Assembly: GCF_006345805.1 (NCBI RefSeq) | Contig: NC_043011.1 | Coordinates: 62,632,464 to 62,696,463 of the forward strand | Length of the DNA stretch: 64,000 bases | DNA from: Octopus sinensis | Taxonomy: Eukaryota | Reading direction: 5' to 3' | Shown here: piece by piece, positions 1 to 14,019 of the stretch | How positions within the stretch are numbered: position 1 is the stretch's first letter | Layout: each line of letters opens with the position of its first letter | Program-made: the position numbers and the translations under genes | Notes under the pieces: generated by a model | What the model was told of the DNA's origin: nothing | What the model saw: the letters and a program-made list of their open reading frames with translations, nothing else | Databases searched by the model: none

Positions 1-160
1 GATTAGTTCAGGTCACGTCTAACTTAGAACTACATTAATTAATCTTCTAGAATTTATGTTATCTGCGTCTTTTGCCGAACCGTTAAGTTACGGGAATATA
101 TTGCACCAACTTCGGTTTTCAAGCGACGGTGTGTGTAGGCGGAATAAAACACAGAAAAAT

Positions 161-500
161 AAAAAAGGAAAATACGCACACTTACATGGTTATAGAATAA
201 TTTTTAATGTATCGACCGGTTACGTACACATATTCTTCCCCACCCAAAACCTAAACAGTTATCTCCCTTACAGACAACAATAACTATAATAACACCCAAT
301 TACCTCCCTTTTCTTGTCAACTTATAAAATCATTCACTCGTGAATCTCATTATAAACAACATGGACCTATTTTCTTCTCAAGAAAAAATATATTTGCATA
401 TAAATTACACATTGTATCATGAATAGCGATTGCGAAACCTGTCGATACATTAAAAAGTATACTATAACCATGTAAGTGTGCGTATTTTTCTTTTTTCTTT
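161..500. mobile_element. Inverted-repeat element with ~60-bp arms
   Basis: AAAATACGCACACTTACATGGTTATAG...TTTTTAATGTATCGAC (161-221) is mirrored at ~435-500. Confidence 0.75.
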
Positions 501-684
501 TTCTTATATACATACAATCCACCACGTGGGACAACCGAAATTCCTCTTTTCTGTTACTACTACTATATATATATATACATGCATATATATATATATAATA
601 TATATATAGATATATATATATATATTATATATATACAACGTTCTTCTTTCAGTTCCTTCTAACAAAACTTTTCACAAGACATTG

Positions 685-795
685 CTCGGCCCGTAGGTAC
701 AGTAGAAGACATTTGCCCAAGGTGCCATGCAGTGGACCTGAAACCAGAACCATGCGGGTGGAAATCAAGCTTCTTACCACACAACCACTCGTACG
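685..795 (-). mobile_element. SINE family B fragment
   Basis: GTAAGAAGCTTG...TGGTTC.GG.TCAG.CC.ACTGC.TGGCACCTTGGGCAA on the minus strand. Confidence 0.8.
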
Positions 796-998
796 CGTGG
801 ATACATGTATGAATGTAGTTTTGAAACGTGATACAGGGAGCTCCCTATTCGGTGTATTTGGCGACATTTTGCTTGAAATTCATCTTAGAATTCAAATTCA
901 ATAAATTCTGAATTGAAATATAAATTTATTAATACAAGTATACTCACACACACAACACACACTCTCATACATATTTACATATATGTGTGTATACACTC

Positions 999-1036
<38 letters not shown>

Positions 1037-1277
1037 TATATATATGTATACAGAAAGTAAGAGAGAGAGAGAGGGGCAGAGAGAGAATTTATCGTGAGAG
1101 GGATGGAAGTGTTGCACTTGATCACTGCATCTTCACTGCAAACTAACCTAAGCGTACTTGGAGACTTCCGAAAATTAGCAATGCATGAGAAGTGACAGAA
1201 ACATGAATATTAAGAATAGTAATAATCATATCAATAATTATAGCATTAATAGCAACAACATCAACAACAACAACAAC

Positions 1278-1332
<55 letters not shown>

Positions 1333-1794
1333 TTAATAATAATAATAAATGATGACATAAATAACATAAAATAGTGAAAGAAAGGGAAGAAGGAATTGGA
1401 ATTTCACAAAACAAAAATAATATAAACTTAAAAACAAATATTTTTATAGAAATTTGGAAAATAGATGAAATGCAACGAATAATGTTATGCAACGAATAAT
1501 GAGGTAAGAAAGGAAAAAGAAACGAATATAATGAAGTAATATTTCGAGTGTTCTTCATCTTCTGGAAATTATCAAGTCTACTTTTTGAGGAAAGAAATGT
1601 AATTTGAAATCGGAAAATATAAATATTAGCGCAAAGAAAGCATAAAAAAAAACCTGTAGCGTGAGTGGTTGGAATGAGATAAAACGTCATATTCGGACTC
1701 CTTTTAATTTGGAAGAAATTTCTCATTTACGATGTTAGGAAGGAAATCAATTACGTGGAAAGCCATTAATATACATATGTATATATATATATAT

Positions 1795-1888
<94 letters not shown>

Positions 1889-1902
1889 ATATATATATAC
1901 AT

Positions 1903-1941
<39 letters not shown>

Positions 1942-2028
1942 TGTATGTATCAATATATATCTGTAAATATGTATATGTATGTATGTATGTACATTCTTTG
2001 TGTCAGTGTCTATATACCTAAGAACATC

Positions 2029-2089
<61 letters not shown>

Positions 2090-3043
2090 TTGTGTATATA
2101 TATATATATATATATACATATCTATTTAAGTGTGAAGAGAAAAGGAAATTGGAGAGAAACGCACAAGATGTTATTTAAATCATGTATATCACCATATAAC
2201 TGACATGTTTCGATTGATACGTTAGAATTAATCCGAGGGGGAGAAGAATGTAGAATAGTGTATCAGTCTCACCAGGGAGGAGTTTATAAAGAACAGTGTT
2301 CATTAATAAATCATTTTTACTGTTTTAAGAAATTATAATATATAATATATTAAAAGTAAAAAGTGCATAGTGAACGCTAGTAATTTTAAGATATCGTTAA
2401 GAAATTTGATGTAATAGGACTAGGAAACAGCTGAAGGAAAAGAGAAAGAGAATTAAAGGAGCAATGGAGGGATGAACAAATAGCAGGTGAATGACAAATG
2501 GATAGAAATGATAAAGGAAATAAGGGGATACGTAGGAGGAAAAGAGTAAAGTGAAAGTTACCGATAAGGGGAAATTTAAGCAATGGCGCAGAATATTTGA
2601 CAAAACTGAAAGTGTGTTTTTTCAAATGTAAACACGCTCTTTATAGGAGCTGACCAGTATGTGTTTGAAAAAAGGATGAATAATTGTTCATCCATCATAA
2701 AGAAGACAAAAAGATTTCCCTTCATCATAAGGGAATGATCTATCAAAATATTCCTATCCAAAGAAAATTGATTATTACAGTCTTTCAGGTATCAAAAGTA
2801 GTTTACTGAGACCTGTAGTATTAGGTTTATTGATATATCTAAATGTAGAAAGATGATTGGGCATACGTTTTTTTTTTATTCCGGTGGAGGAGATTGATAC
2901 ATTATTGATGAGATCGATAGATTATTCCACATTATTCTTCTTCTCGGATTAATTTTAGTTTATCAGTCAAAAATATGTCGGCAATATGGTGATATAGATA
3001 ATTAAAATAACATCTTTTGCGTTTGTCTCCATTTTCCTTTTGC

Positions 3044-3107
<64 letters not shown>

Positions 3108-3329
3108 ATATATATATACATACATACATGCATATATATATATATATGTATATATATATAATTTACAAGATAAGGGCAGAAAAACAAATTCTAATGCCCT
3201 TATCTTTCTTCTGCCCTTATCTTGTAAATTATGTATAAATTTTACCTTTAAAGGCATTTTTTGATATGCTGGCCATTGATAAAATTTTTTTCCTGAAAAA
3301 TATTTTATCCTATATTAATTATAAATAGA

Positions 3330-3475
3330 TTAGTGTTCATTTCCGGATTCTATCACTCTGTGAAAGTTTCTAGTTCGAATCACATGTGTCTCGAGGTGCG
3401 CTGAAGATTTTTCTATTTTGGATATACTTAAGTCTGCTCGGGACTTAGTGCTTGCATTTTCCGTGGGTATGAGTA
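3330..3475 (-). pseudogene. FN3-like remnant (A-B strands)
   Basis: Translates ADLSISKIEKSSAHLE, resembling the FN3 start pattern L.V..I..SSA.L.W. Confidence 0.3.
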
Positions 3476-3569
3476 AGTATCTCATTTATATCTCACGTAT
3501 ATATATATATATATATATATATGATGAGTAGGAGAGACGAAAGATGTAAGATACGAAAAGGTTTATTGA

Positions 3570-3670
3570 TTATTACAATTGTTTCGACCCATCTAGCATC
3601 GATCCCTCACGAGTGAGAGATACTGTTCCAGGAGTGTCAGTCGGTGTAGATGTGTGCCTTCAGGTGATTA
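3570..3670 (-). ncRNA. Degenerate copy of the long-stem-II hammerhead family
   Basis: Shares CATCTAGCATCGATCCCTCACG with 20347-20368; core reads CTGAAGG...GAAAC-AATT-GTA. Confidence 0.4.
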
Positions 3671-3687
3671 CAAAATCAATCTATCTA

Positions 3688-3732
<45 letters not shown>

Positions 3733-3871
3733 ATATCTATCTATCTATAGGGAGAGAGACAGGCAGATAGATAGATATATGCTTGAAATTTATGGAAAAA
3801 ACAACAAACTAAGACAGGTGTATAAACAACAAACAGGTGTATCAGTTTGGCGCTCGGGAAAGTGAGAAATT

Positions 3872-3908
3872 CTTTTACGTTTCGAGCGTACGCTCTTCAA
3901 CAGAAAAG
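3872..3908 (-). ncRNA. Hammerhead-like motif with U at core position 6
   Basis: TTTT-CTGTTGA-A-GAGCGTACGCTC-GAAAC-GTA-AAAG, within a repeat spanning ~3790-3925. Confidence 0.5.
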
Positions 3909-4322
3909 AATAAATGAAAAATATATAGAGAGAGAGAATAAAAAAAAAGAAAACCTGTAGATTTATCGCTCAGATACACAGACAAACAAACGCAAATTGA
4001 TAGCTAGATGTTTGAGTATCATAGTTTGCAGTCCGCTATATAAAGGTTACATAGAGCAACCTATAAAAAGCTTCTTTGAAACATGTATCACTGAAGATTA
4101 ATAATTTTCAATCATATTTGTATCGATTTCCACAAAAGAACGTATATACGGTAACAAGATGTACAAAGATATATTCAAACATTTAGTCATTAATCATAGT
4201 ATCGCTGCACGTACTTCACCGATGAGTAGATTAAGTGAGAAACAATAACTGCATGAGTGTCTGCGTATGGTCGAATCCATCTTAATGGACATGAAACTTT
4301 GTCTATATGCCTAACTGTCTGT

Positions 4323-4420
<98 letters not shown>

Positions 4421-4431
4421 TTATGCGGTTG

Positions 4432-4565
4432 TATGGTAAGAAGATACGTTCACAATAATAAAGTATAGGTTCAGATCCACTGCGTGGCACTTTGAGCCAT
4501 TGTCTTCCGCAGTGGTCCCGGGTCGACCAAAGCCTTGTGAAAGATCGTGTTCGGCAGAAACTATT
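4432..4565 (+). mobile_element. SINE family B fragment
   Basis: GTAAGAAG...CCACTGCGTGGCACTTTG...CCAAAGCCTTGTG. Confidence 0.75.
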
Positions 4566-5129
4566 TATATGTCTATGTGTGTGTGTGTGTGCATGATTGT
4601 GTGTGTTTATGAGTACTTGATTTTATTTCTGTTTGTGTCTGCCCCCACCCATCGCTTGATAACATTTTTGTGTGTCTTCTGATCTCAGATACAATACCTG
4701 GCTACCTTTAAGTTGCAGGTTCGATCTGTGTGACTAAACACATCAAGGCTGTAGTCCAGCATGACCGCAATCCAAAGATTGGATTATTTAAATATATGTA
4801 TGCATGTGTGTGAATATGTGCGTGCGTGTGTGTTTTGTGAATGTCTATATTGTTTACTAAATATACGACTAAAATTCTTGATGTATTAAAATTATTTCCG
4901 CTTTTAGCTGACCTGTTCAGAATTAGACATAAACGTTTGGTTGCCCAATGTTTCGTTGTCATTAAACACTGTATCTAGTATGTTAAATCCGTGTGGAATT
5001 CTTAAGTGACCATTTTCTCCTTCCATTATCGTAAGTTCTCTCAGCTGAACGGCTCAGCTGTGGAACGATGTAACAGTTTGACTGCATTTTAAAGAAATGC
5101 CTTACTGAAGTTTCCACATACACACTATT

Positions 5130-5403
5130 CTTGAAGCATTGCAAATGAAAGAGATGAGCCACGGATCAGAAGAACTAATAATCCGAGGGATATTTTGTTC
5201 CCGCAATCTTACCGTGCCTAAGCAGTGGTTAAGCAAGGGCCAGCATCTGGAATCTGTTACCAAACATAGGCGTTACAATCACAAGGGGATGCAATGCGTC
5301 TGGTAGAATTATTAGGAGATTATTCACTACGAATACGTTCAGGACGGTCTAACCATCGACGCTAACTTGTATTCCGAACGCCTGGGGTGGATGTATGCTA
5401 TTG
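5130..5403 (+). mobile_element. Mariner transposase fragment
   Basis: KGMQCVW*NY*EIIHYEYVQDGLTIDANLYSERL matches the mariner pattern KVMLCVWW...IHYE.L..G.TI.A..Y..QL. Confidence 0.75.
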
Positions 5404-5634
5404 TGTTCTTTAATTTCAGTATTAAGAAAATGTTCTCCCCTCTCTATATATCTACCCTCTTTGTAATGTTGGCAAATGAAATAAGTATAAGAATGTGCAT
5501 TGTCCGTTTAATTATATATGTGGCTGAAGATTGCTCGACATTTTAAAACTGATGTAATACTTACAGTGTTTAATAAAATGAAGCATGAAACAATTGTACA
5601 ACACTACCTTGGATATCCTTGTTGCTTATTTTGG

Positions 5635-5668
<34 letters not shown>

Positions 5669-5765
5669 TAATAAATTTCAGGGTGCTAAATTATTATTTA
5701 GAATTTTTGTTACCACCGTGGCCTAGCGTGTAGAAAAATCTAGTCAATAGAATATATCTTATTCA

Positions 5766-6030
5766 TTACATATACAGTGAACATTTAAACGCATAAGAGA
5801 TAGCCATAATCGGACATCTCAACCGCCAGAATAAGTAGTTGAAATCCAGAACCACAATTAGTGGTAATTTCGAAAGGGAATGAAAGATAAAAACATTTAC
5901 CATCCATTTCCCGGACCATGATTTCGAGCAATCTTCAGCTAATAAAATGTATCTCAAGTCAGGCTGAAGTGACAGAAAGATGATGAAGTTGATTGGAGGC
6001 CTGGGTGACCAGGGACACGTTAGTGTCCTG
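5766..6030 (-). pseudogene. FN3-like remnant
   Basis: ORF 5766..6122 contains TLTCPWSP and IFLSLQPDLRYILLAED (FN3 L.P.T.Y.I.V.A pattern). Confidence 0.45.
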
Positions 6031-6647
6031 GCATATACATGTCCGTGTGCAAGGACATGTGCATGTATGAAGCTAATGAATGGTGTGCGTGTGTGGGGGA
6101 GAGGAGCACCTTTGTTCGACACATAAGTGATCTAAAATATATGTGTGCGCAAGCACATGTGTATAAAGCTATGTGCTTGAGTGTGTGTGTGCATGTTAGC
6201 GTACGTGTGTGTGTGAATGTTTGTGCTTTTATTCACTAACAAGTATGTGTGTGAAGCAATGCTTGCGTTTATTGGTTACGTATTTGTGTGTGTGTATGTG
6301 TACGGTAGTGTCTACGTATATATCCATCAGACGTGTGTGTGTGTGTGTGTGTATGGCAGTGAAGTTAATGCTTAATAGATATTAGCATAATATTACTGTA
6401 CTGATCTTATGTTTGTATATTTTACTAAAAGGGATTTATGCATATCATATCGGATAAATATCAGACTCGAATAGTTTTGAATATTGAACGCTAATATCAC
6501 GCAGGTTTTCTTTGATTCTGGCAGAAAGTATTACAAACTATTGCAACTAAGTAACCAGAAAATGCATAAAATTTACTGAAACCTCTCCCCCATCTTTCCG
6601 CCTGTCAGGACATATATATCTATATCTATATCTATATCTATCTATCT

Positions 6648-6700
<53 letters not shown>

Positions 6701-6709
6701 ATCTATCTA

Positions 6710-6767
<58 letters not shown>

Positions 6768-7176
6768 ATAAAATAAACAGGAGAAATGGAAGTCAATGTG
6801 TGAATATATATTTATTATTATTATTTTTTTTTATCGGCAAAAAAGTTCTGAATGTGATTCAACTCTGGAGATTTTCCGGCATGACACTTATCTAATCCCT
6901 CCATACACAGATATTTATCATAATTCAATTTGATATTTTTGTAGCGCCTTTTGATATATTTTATGTACTGTTTTATTTATATTTACGTTTTTGTTTTTGT
7001 ATTGTTTTTTTGTCTTCTTTCCGTTGTGAATTTTATTTGTTTTGATATACTGAATAAACTATATCGAGCTGACGTCGATGCGAGTGATCATAATTTATAT
7101 ACAGCAAAAACTATATTTTCTCATCAACCAGAAAATGGCTTTAATACACGAAGAGAGAAAGGTAAGTAGAAAATAG

Positions 7177-7222
<46 letters not shown>

Positions 7223-7689
7223 GAATGAGGGGAGGAGAAATATGAAAACACGATGCTGTGATGTAGAGAGTAAAATTCAGTGAAATCAAGGGTTTGCTGA
7301 CATCACAAAAACAGACACTCTGTGTGTGTGTGGAGAGAGAGAGAGCGAGAGAGAGAGAGGAGGGAGTGAAAGAGGAACATTGGTGAGCTTGTAACAATGA
7401 TTCAAATTTTAGTACAGAATCAGCAATTATGGTAGAGCACTCTGTTCCCACGACACCAATTCTCAAATGTCATGCATTCATCAACACTGAATGGCTAAAA
7501 AGTAAAGGTGTCTTTGATAGCATTTGAACTCGGAACGCAAACAGTCGGAAGAAATGTCTATAAGCATCTTGTCCGGCGAGTAAAATGCCGATTCTGTTAT
7601 CTCGCTGATTTAACCAACTTTATAATTCAAATTTTAGCACAAATCGAGTAAATTTTCCGGAAAAGCCAGAGTGCTTCACTGATACTTAT

Positions 7690-7790
7690 CTTATCGATCT
7701 CCTCATAAAATATGAAAGGCAAAGCCGACCTCAGCGGAATTTGAACGCAGAACGTAAAACCAGAAATAACGTCGCTGTGCGTATTATTGG
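7690..7790 (-). mobile_element. SINE family C fragment
   Basis: AAAGGCAAAGCCGACCTC.GCGGAATTTGAAC is the reverse complement of the family C core. Confidence 0.75.
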
Positions 7791-8489
7791 GTGCAGTAAA
7801 GGTTTTGCCAGTTCGCCGCCTGAAACGAATTTCTAATAATAAATGGAACTAGAGTGACACAGTAAATGAGTTAAAATGTAGGAAGTGATGTTGTTGGAGA
7901 GTGAGGAAGATCCAATAGGCAATTGGTAGGTTATAGGGCGTCGAACAAACTGCCTTCTGGTGTTTCATTTCAGTTTCTTCTGTGTTCGAACGTCGCCCAA
8001 CCAACTTTGCCATTCTTCCTAACAGGTTCGGTAAGAAATTAAAAATTCAGTCTTTTGATTGGTAGAACTGAAAACATGTCAGAACAGAGTCCCTTAGTTA
8101 CTTGTTCCGGTTGTTTGTATTTTGAGTTCAAATTCCACCATAGTATATTTCATTTTCATTTTTTCATTTTCATCCAGTTTCAGCTCACGAGCTGTGGCCA
8201 TGCTGGGGCACCGCCATATGTACGCTTGATCAATCTTTCGTCTAAATTTCAACCCAACTAACTGACACCTCGGGTGCGTCTACTGGAATTCACTCTGTCG
8301 TATCCATTCGAGCCACATTCCCAGGTTCAGAATATCATAGTCCCTCTCATCGTCCAATCTCGGATGTTATGCAAAAATTCATGGACACCATGTTCCTTCT
8401 TCTCAAAAAGATAACATATGTTAGATATATAGGGACGGTCGTGCTAAAAGCAGTGGGGTGCTACGAGAGAAAATACAGTATGAAATACA

Positions 8490-8775
8490 GGTGGACGTCG
8501 ATAAACGGAAACAAGTACGCGCTTGTATAAAAGATTTTCGTTATACAGGTGAATGAGAAATGAGGGCAAACATTTTCGCAGATATTTTGATCTGATATAT
8601 TCCTCCCGTGAACATCCTGCCTTCTGTACGATGCGTATTTCAGACTACATTATTCGTCTCTTTCAGATATGTTATGATTTCAATAATATCTGGTTTTTGT
8701 TTGGAAGAGCGATGAGGTTATTTGAATTTATCTTCGTTGTTTTCGATGACGTAATATCTTACGTTATGCTATAGG
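8490..8775 (-). pseudogene. FN3-like remnant
   Basis: MFTGGIYQIKISAKMFALISHSPV matches FN3 F-G strands; in-frame stops on both sides. Confidence 0.5.
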
Positions 8776-9574
8776 AACAATGATTTAACACTCATACCTT
8801 ATACACAAAACTTTAAAGAATTTGTATTTTGGAATCGAATTCTTGTATCACAATCTTGAAAGTAATTTAAAAGTAGAGCCAAGATGATTGAAAGTGATTC
8901 TCAAAATCTTGATCAATTGATTCAGTGTTGAAACTAGCGAAATTTTCCATCATTCTGCCGCATAAATCTTATTAAATTAAAATATGTTCACTGCATATTT
9001 GAAGTTAATCAATCAACATTTGAAGCAGTAATCACATCAAACGATTGCACTTTCACTTGCCAGACGTTAAATGCAATTTTTTTTACATTTCATTTAATGT
9101 AATCTTTTTATTTATTTATTTACTTATTTATATATTTATTTCATTCAACTACTTTAATATATTCCAGTGTAGGAAGAGTTGTCGTAGTCACTACCGCATT
9201 GGAAACCAGAAACTATGCTTCATTTCATCTTAAAAAGTAAAACCTGTTCCTCTCATATTTTTTTTAAATAGTCATTTTTATGCAAATAACACTTTTGAAA
9301 ATCACTTTCGTTCAATCAGTAAATGGGATCGACCACAAAGAAATGTTTCCATGGTGGCTTTTGTTTTACCTATCATTCTATAACCACGCAGCGGACATAA
9401 TATCGAGACGAATAAAGGAAATAAATGGGGAAAATATAAACATTGCGATACAACTGGCGTGTCCCTTTTATGTCTTACACAGTAGACACCTTCTCTGGCG
9501 TTAACCCACCCTCCTGAAAACACCGGTCCCTATCTAGACACGTAGATTTGTTAGTACTGGTGTATTTGATTTTT

Positions 9575-9870
9575 TTACTTGCTTCAATAATTTCACTGCG
9601 ACCATGCTGGAGCACCGCCTTTAGTCGAGCGAGTCGACCCCAGGATTTATTCTTTTTAAACCTAGTACTTATTCTATAGATAAGGCACGGGGACGTAAAC
9701 ACACCTGCATCGGTTGTCAAGCGATGTTGGGGGGAACTAACACAGACTCACAAACATATACATACACATACATATATACATATATACGACGGGCATCTTT
9801 CAGTTTCAGTCTACCAAATCCACTCACAGGCTTTAGTCGGCCCGAAGCTATAGTAGAAGACACTTGCCCA
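9575..9870 (-). mobile_element. SINE family B body and tail
   Basis: GACGGAAACTGAAAGA-type block, CA repeat, GTTTACGTCCCC...CAGCATGG tail. Confidence 0.8.
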
Positions 9871-9889
9871 AAGTTTGTTAGGAGCTAGA

Positions 9890-10775
9890 GACTGAAGATG
9901 GAAACGTAACACCAGTATCGAAGCATTGAAAAACGTTTCAGCGCTCTGAAATCATCAGAACACCCGAATTTATCCGGCGAGTTCAACAGGCAATTGATTA
10001 CAATCTCAGAAAGTCCACGAAGTCCATGTATCAGATCTAAAGTGCTCTAAGACAAACTGAAAAATGCTACAGAAGACGATTTGATTTGTTTTTTCTCAAA
10101 CGAGAAACACTTCGACCAAGATCTAAAAGTTAATAGGAAAAATGACAGATGGTTATGTTTAGACCTTTCGGAACTTCCAAGTGTTATGCATACCAAATTT
10201 CCTGCAAGTGTCATGGTTTCAGGGATTGTCAACAAGGAAGGACACGTGATGCATCCTTACTTCTCTCCAGAAGGACTTAGAGTTAATTGAGGTCCTGGAA
10301 ATAATTGTTAAGCTCCAGATAGACAGTGTATGCAATAGAAAGCCACATGTGTTTGAGTAGCACTATCACACATGGCTCTAGTAACACAGGAATGGATGGC
10401 TGAAGATTTCACGATCACATAACCCCTAACATTTGGCTTCCTAATTCCCCCGGTGTCAATCCATTGGACAATTACATGTGAAGCGTTGTTGGGCGAGAGG
10501 TCAATGAACACACACATAACACCAAAGATTTTTTGAAAGCTGCCACATTCAGAGTAATGCTCAAAATGAACCACGACCACTTGCTTCGAGCATGTAGGTG
10601 ATTTAGATCTCATACAGAAGCAGTTATTGAAGCTGATGTTGGTTTCATCCTATAATATTATAGAAAAGAATGTTTATTTTTATCCTCAGAGCATTTGATA
10701 AATAAATTTATTATCTGTTATTATGTATCTGTTTTTTTTTTATAAACATAACTTTGTTCTCAAATATGCATTCTG
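9890..10775 (+). mobile_element. Degraded Tc1/mariner-superfamily transposon (maT/DD37D-like)
   Basis: IIRTPEFIRRVQ; FFSNEKHF...HTKFPASVMV; IWLPNSPGVNPLDNY (WPPNSPDLNPLDY motif); stops and frameshifts. Confidence 0.85.
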
Positions 10776-10927
10776 TATATCTTTAATACACAAGGAATGG
10801 TTTTTAACAACCATGGAGACTCTATTCTCAGACGACATTTAGAATACCATCGACAAGATTTTCTCCCATAACTAAGGGATGAAAATGATTATATAAACTA
10901 GACAGTTAACTCTCGATGCCAAAACAA

Positions 10928-11130
10928 TTAAATAAAGCCAAGAGAAGTTATATCAGTTGAAATGTTAAACTCACGGCCTTTTAAGAATCCACATAGAAAT
11001 ATTGTATAAGTACTGATATACAAAGTTCTGTAATAGCTGAATGCTATTTTAATTTGAGCTATTTTATCATGATAACTGATATGTTCAATTATATGGCAGA
11101 GTTTCTCGATCAGAAATAGCTCACCGAATA
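10928..11130 (-). pseudogene. FN3-like remnant
   Basis: YTIFLCGFLKGREFNISTDITSLG matches the L.GL.PG.EYNISV.A.T..G pattern. Confidence 0.45.
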
Positions 11131-11484
11131 ATAAAACAAGAAAGAATAAATAAATAAGAAGCAACGATCGAGATGTTTGTTGCAATAAAAAAGTCTTATT
11201 TGAGATCAGTTAGCGTTCACATAAAAAAAGAAATTAATTGTACGGAATGAAAGGCTTTTAAACGTTTTATCGTTTTATTAACAGACAAATAAAAAAGAAA
11301 TTGTTTTTCGGTTTTGGAAACAAAAGGAAAATCGAAGAACTTTTGAGTGAAATAAAGTAACGAAAGTATAATTGTGTAGTTCCGAAGTTCTTATATGAAT
11401 GTTATGGCTTTCTGTTCAGGCACTCTCTGCGGTATTTTGGGCAAATGTCGATATATTCCAGGGTCGATTATTGGTTTTACACAC

Positions 11485-11507
11485 ATGTTCACACACACAC
11501 ACACACA

Positions 11508-11538
<31 letters not shown>

Positions 11539-11607
11539 CACGCAACACAACACACACACACACCACACACACACCACGCAACACAACACACACACACACA
11601 CACACGC

Positions 11608-11668
<61 letters not shown>
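11485..11668 (+). repeat. Interrupted (CA)n microsatellite
   Basis: Direct reading. Confidence 0.95.
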
Positions 11669-11669
<1 letters not shown>

Positions 11670-11759
11670 ACTAAGACAGCAGATAACTCAACGGCCGAGA
11701 TAAATATCAATTAAACAGTTCATATATACTTACCATTTGAGTTATAAGATACATGTGTG

Positions 11760-11790
<31 letters not shown>

Positions 11791-12559
11791 CTATATATAT
11801 ATATATTATATTTGGATTCAGATTTTTGTCTTTTACGTCCCGGCAGGAAAGTGCTTCACAAACAAAAAATTGGTAGAAGAATTATGATCCAAGGAAGTAC
11901 CTGGTTCAATTTGACTTACTAAAGCTTTAGATTGGTACCTAGCATGGCCGCAGCTGAACGTCTTCAAGCAGTGAAATCATAAATGAGTTAATTTCCTCCG
12001 GTGATATCCCCTCCAGTGTGTCCCTACCCAAACATGTCTACGGGGAAACGATTTCCAGCGCGTGACATTCTCGTCCACTATTTATTTATTGTATGTTCTT
12101 GAATATATAACCCAACACAATCTTCCCGCTTTCAAAACAACGATATATAATTTGTGATATTCTTGTCAATTTTAAGTGGATCATAAACGGAAACATGATT
12201 TTATGTTGTATAACTAAAATGAAAATTACTGTTTTTGCAAACTCATTGATCTGTCTCTTTACTTATCCATGTAGGGTAAATGGATGTCAGAGACCTCGGT
12301 TAACTATAAATTACAATGTTCGTGTCAAAAGAGGAAGTAAAACATATAGTGAAGTGACATTATGCCCTGTTATTTTATCTATAAAAACGGTGCATATACA
12401 AATTTTTCACCGTAGATATAACGTGCACGCATTTCGCTGAAATCTCACGTACAAATGAAATAATATGGTTATTTCAATGAAAATAAGTTGTGACATTTGT
12501 TAATCCAGCTCCAAATAGTATTAAAGAAAGCTAAATATTTGAGCATCTAACTACCTTGT

Positions 12560-12830
12560 CTGTCTCTAAAAATGACTTTCGATAGATATCCGTCTCGCTT
12601 CTCGGACCAAACGACAAGTTGTCTTCTTGTCTCGTGTAAGAGATTTCACTTTAAGTTGGTTCAGTCCAAACTCACTCAGATGAAAAAAGCAGCCAGTGAG
12701 TGCTTCGACAGGTTTAATCTGTCCCAGAGAGAGGCGACCTCTTTAGTGCGAATCTTGTACTCTCAGTCCCTTAAACGCAACAAAAATAGGAAACACTGGC
12801 CAAATTGTTTGAAATCAGGGAAATCGATAT
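12560..12830 (-). pseudogene. FN3-like remnant
   Basis: EYKIR, then NQLKVKSLTRD, then a frameshift to QLVVWSEKRDGY (A, B and C strand-like order). Confidence 0.4.
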
Positions 12831-13434
12831 TTTGATGTTTCACTTTTGGGAATCGTCGGTCACTAATTACTTATCTCTCACTTTAAAAAAATATATTTTG
12901 ATATCACAGCAGAAATGATAGCAAGAAACATGATGATGATGAAGGAGAAATAAAACAGCAGCGAACTCCGGGAGAAAATCGAATACAAAATGGTTTGGGG
13001 ATTGCAATGATTGATCTCAACTAGAAATTTTCGATAAATCAACACTGGAAATGATTAGACGCCAGTGTAAATATCACGAAAATAAAGATATTGATTTACT
13101 TCTGAGGATTAAGTTACAAACTAAGATTAGTAAATGATCAACGAATTGTGAAGGCAACTTTAAGAGAAAATTAATAAAAATGATTAAATAGTTCTCTCTT
13201 TAAACCTGTAATTTATCACCTGGCAATTAACAAACATTCCTATACATGCATTCCGATTTAAAAAAAAAACGTATACGAAAACACAAGCATGTATACATGT
13301 ATACTAGTGTATGAAACTCTACAGATTTACATGCATACTTACATACGTGCCTACATACATATATACATGCATACATAATTCGTACATACATACGTACATA
13401 GATAAATATAAACATGCATACATACACACACACC

Positions 13435-13465
<31 letters not shown>

Positions 13466-13794
13466 GTGTGTATGTATGTATATGTATATATATATACGCA
13501 GATCTAATTCATTACTGGGACTGTGAAATTCTGTAAATCTTTCCAGAAGTTTATCATTTAAATATATATATGAGCATATCTAGATATGCAACTATATCTA
13601 TTAGAATACATACATAAAGCAAAACATACAAATCAACACTTATACATACAAACAAAAATACTCTGTTGTTGATGTTGAAATTCAAATGAAAGAGCCTTGG
13701 ATCTAGGTTAGAAACCGACTCTTTTCTCATTGGCAAAAGATAGTGAAATAAAACTGAAGAATGACATTACAAAAATTCGCCATCTGAGATTCTC

Positions 13795-14019
13795 TTAGAG
13801 AATATATGCACACCCTTGAATGTACGTGTATCCCTGTGCTCCGCAAATGGTATGCCACGAGATGATGCTAGGTGTGCCGCAGTGTAACCTGAATATACTT
13901 TGTTCCCTAACTTTGAATGATATTTTTTGTTCACATGTGCCGCCGAATTTTGAAAAGAACATAAGTGTAGCGTAAATGACAAAGGCTGCGAAGCCTTTAG
14001 GTGAATAGACTGCATTCAA
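13795..14019 (-). pseudogene. FN3-like remnant
   Basis: PSIISWHTICGAQGYTYI resembles FN3 B-C strands S..VSW..V.GA.GY.V. Confidence 0.45.

Noticed and set aside
1732-2203. Many ORFs rich in YI, HT, CV, poly-I/L/S/T (here and across the window)
   Set aside because: They are translations of (TA)n, (CA)n and trinucleotide microsatellites.
13767-14015. Ankyrin-like GYTAAHLASSRG
   Set aside because: A single short motif with no neighbouring repeat; the overlapping frame fits FN3 better.
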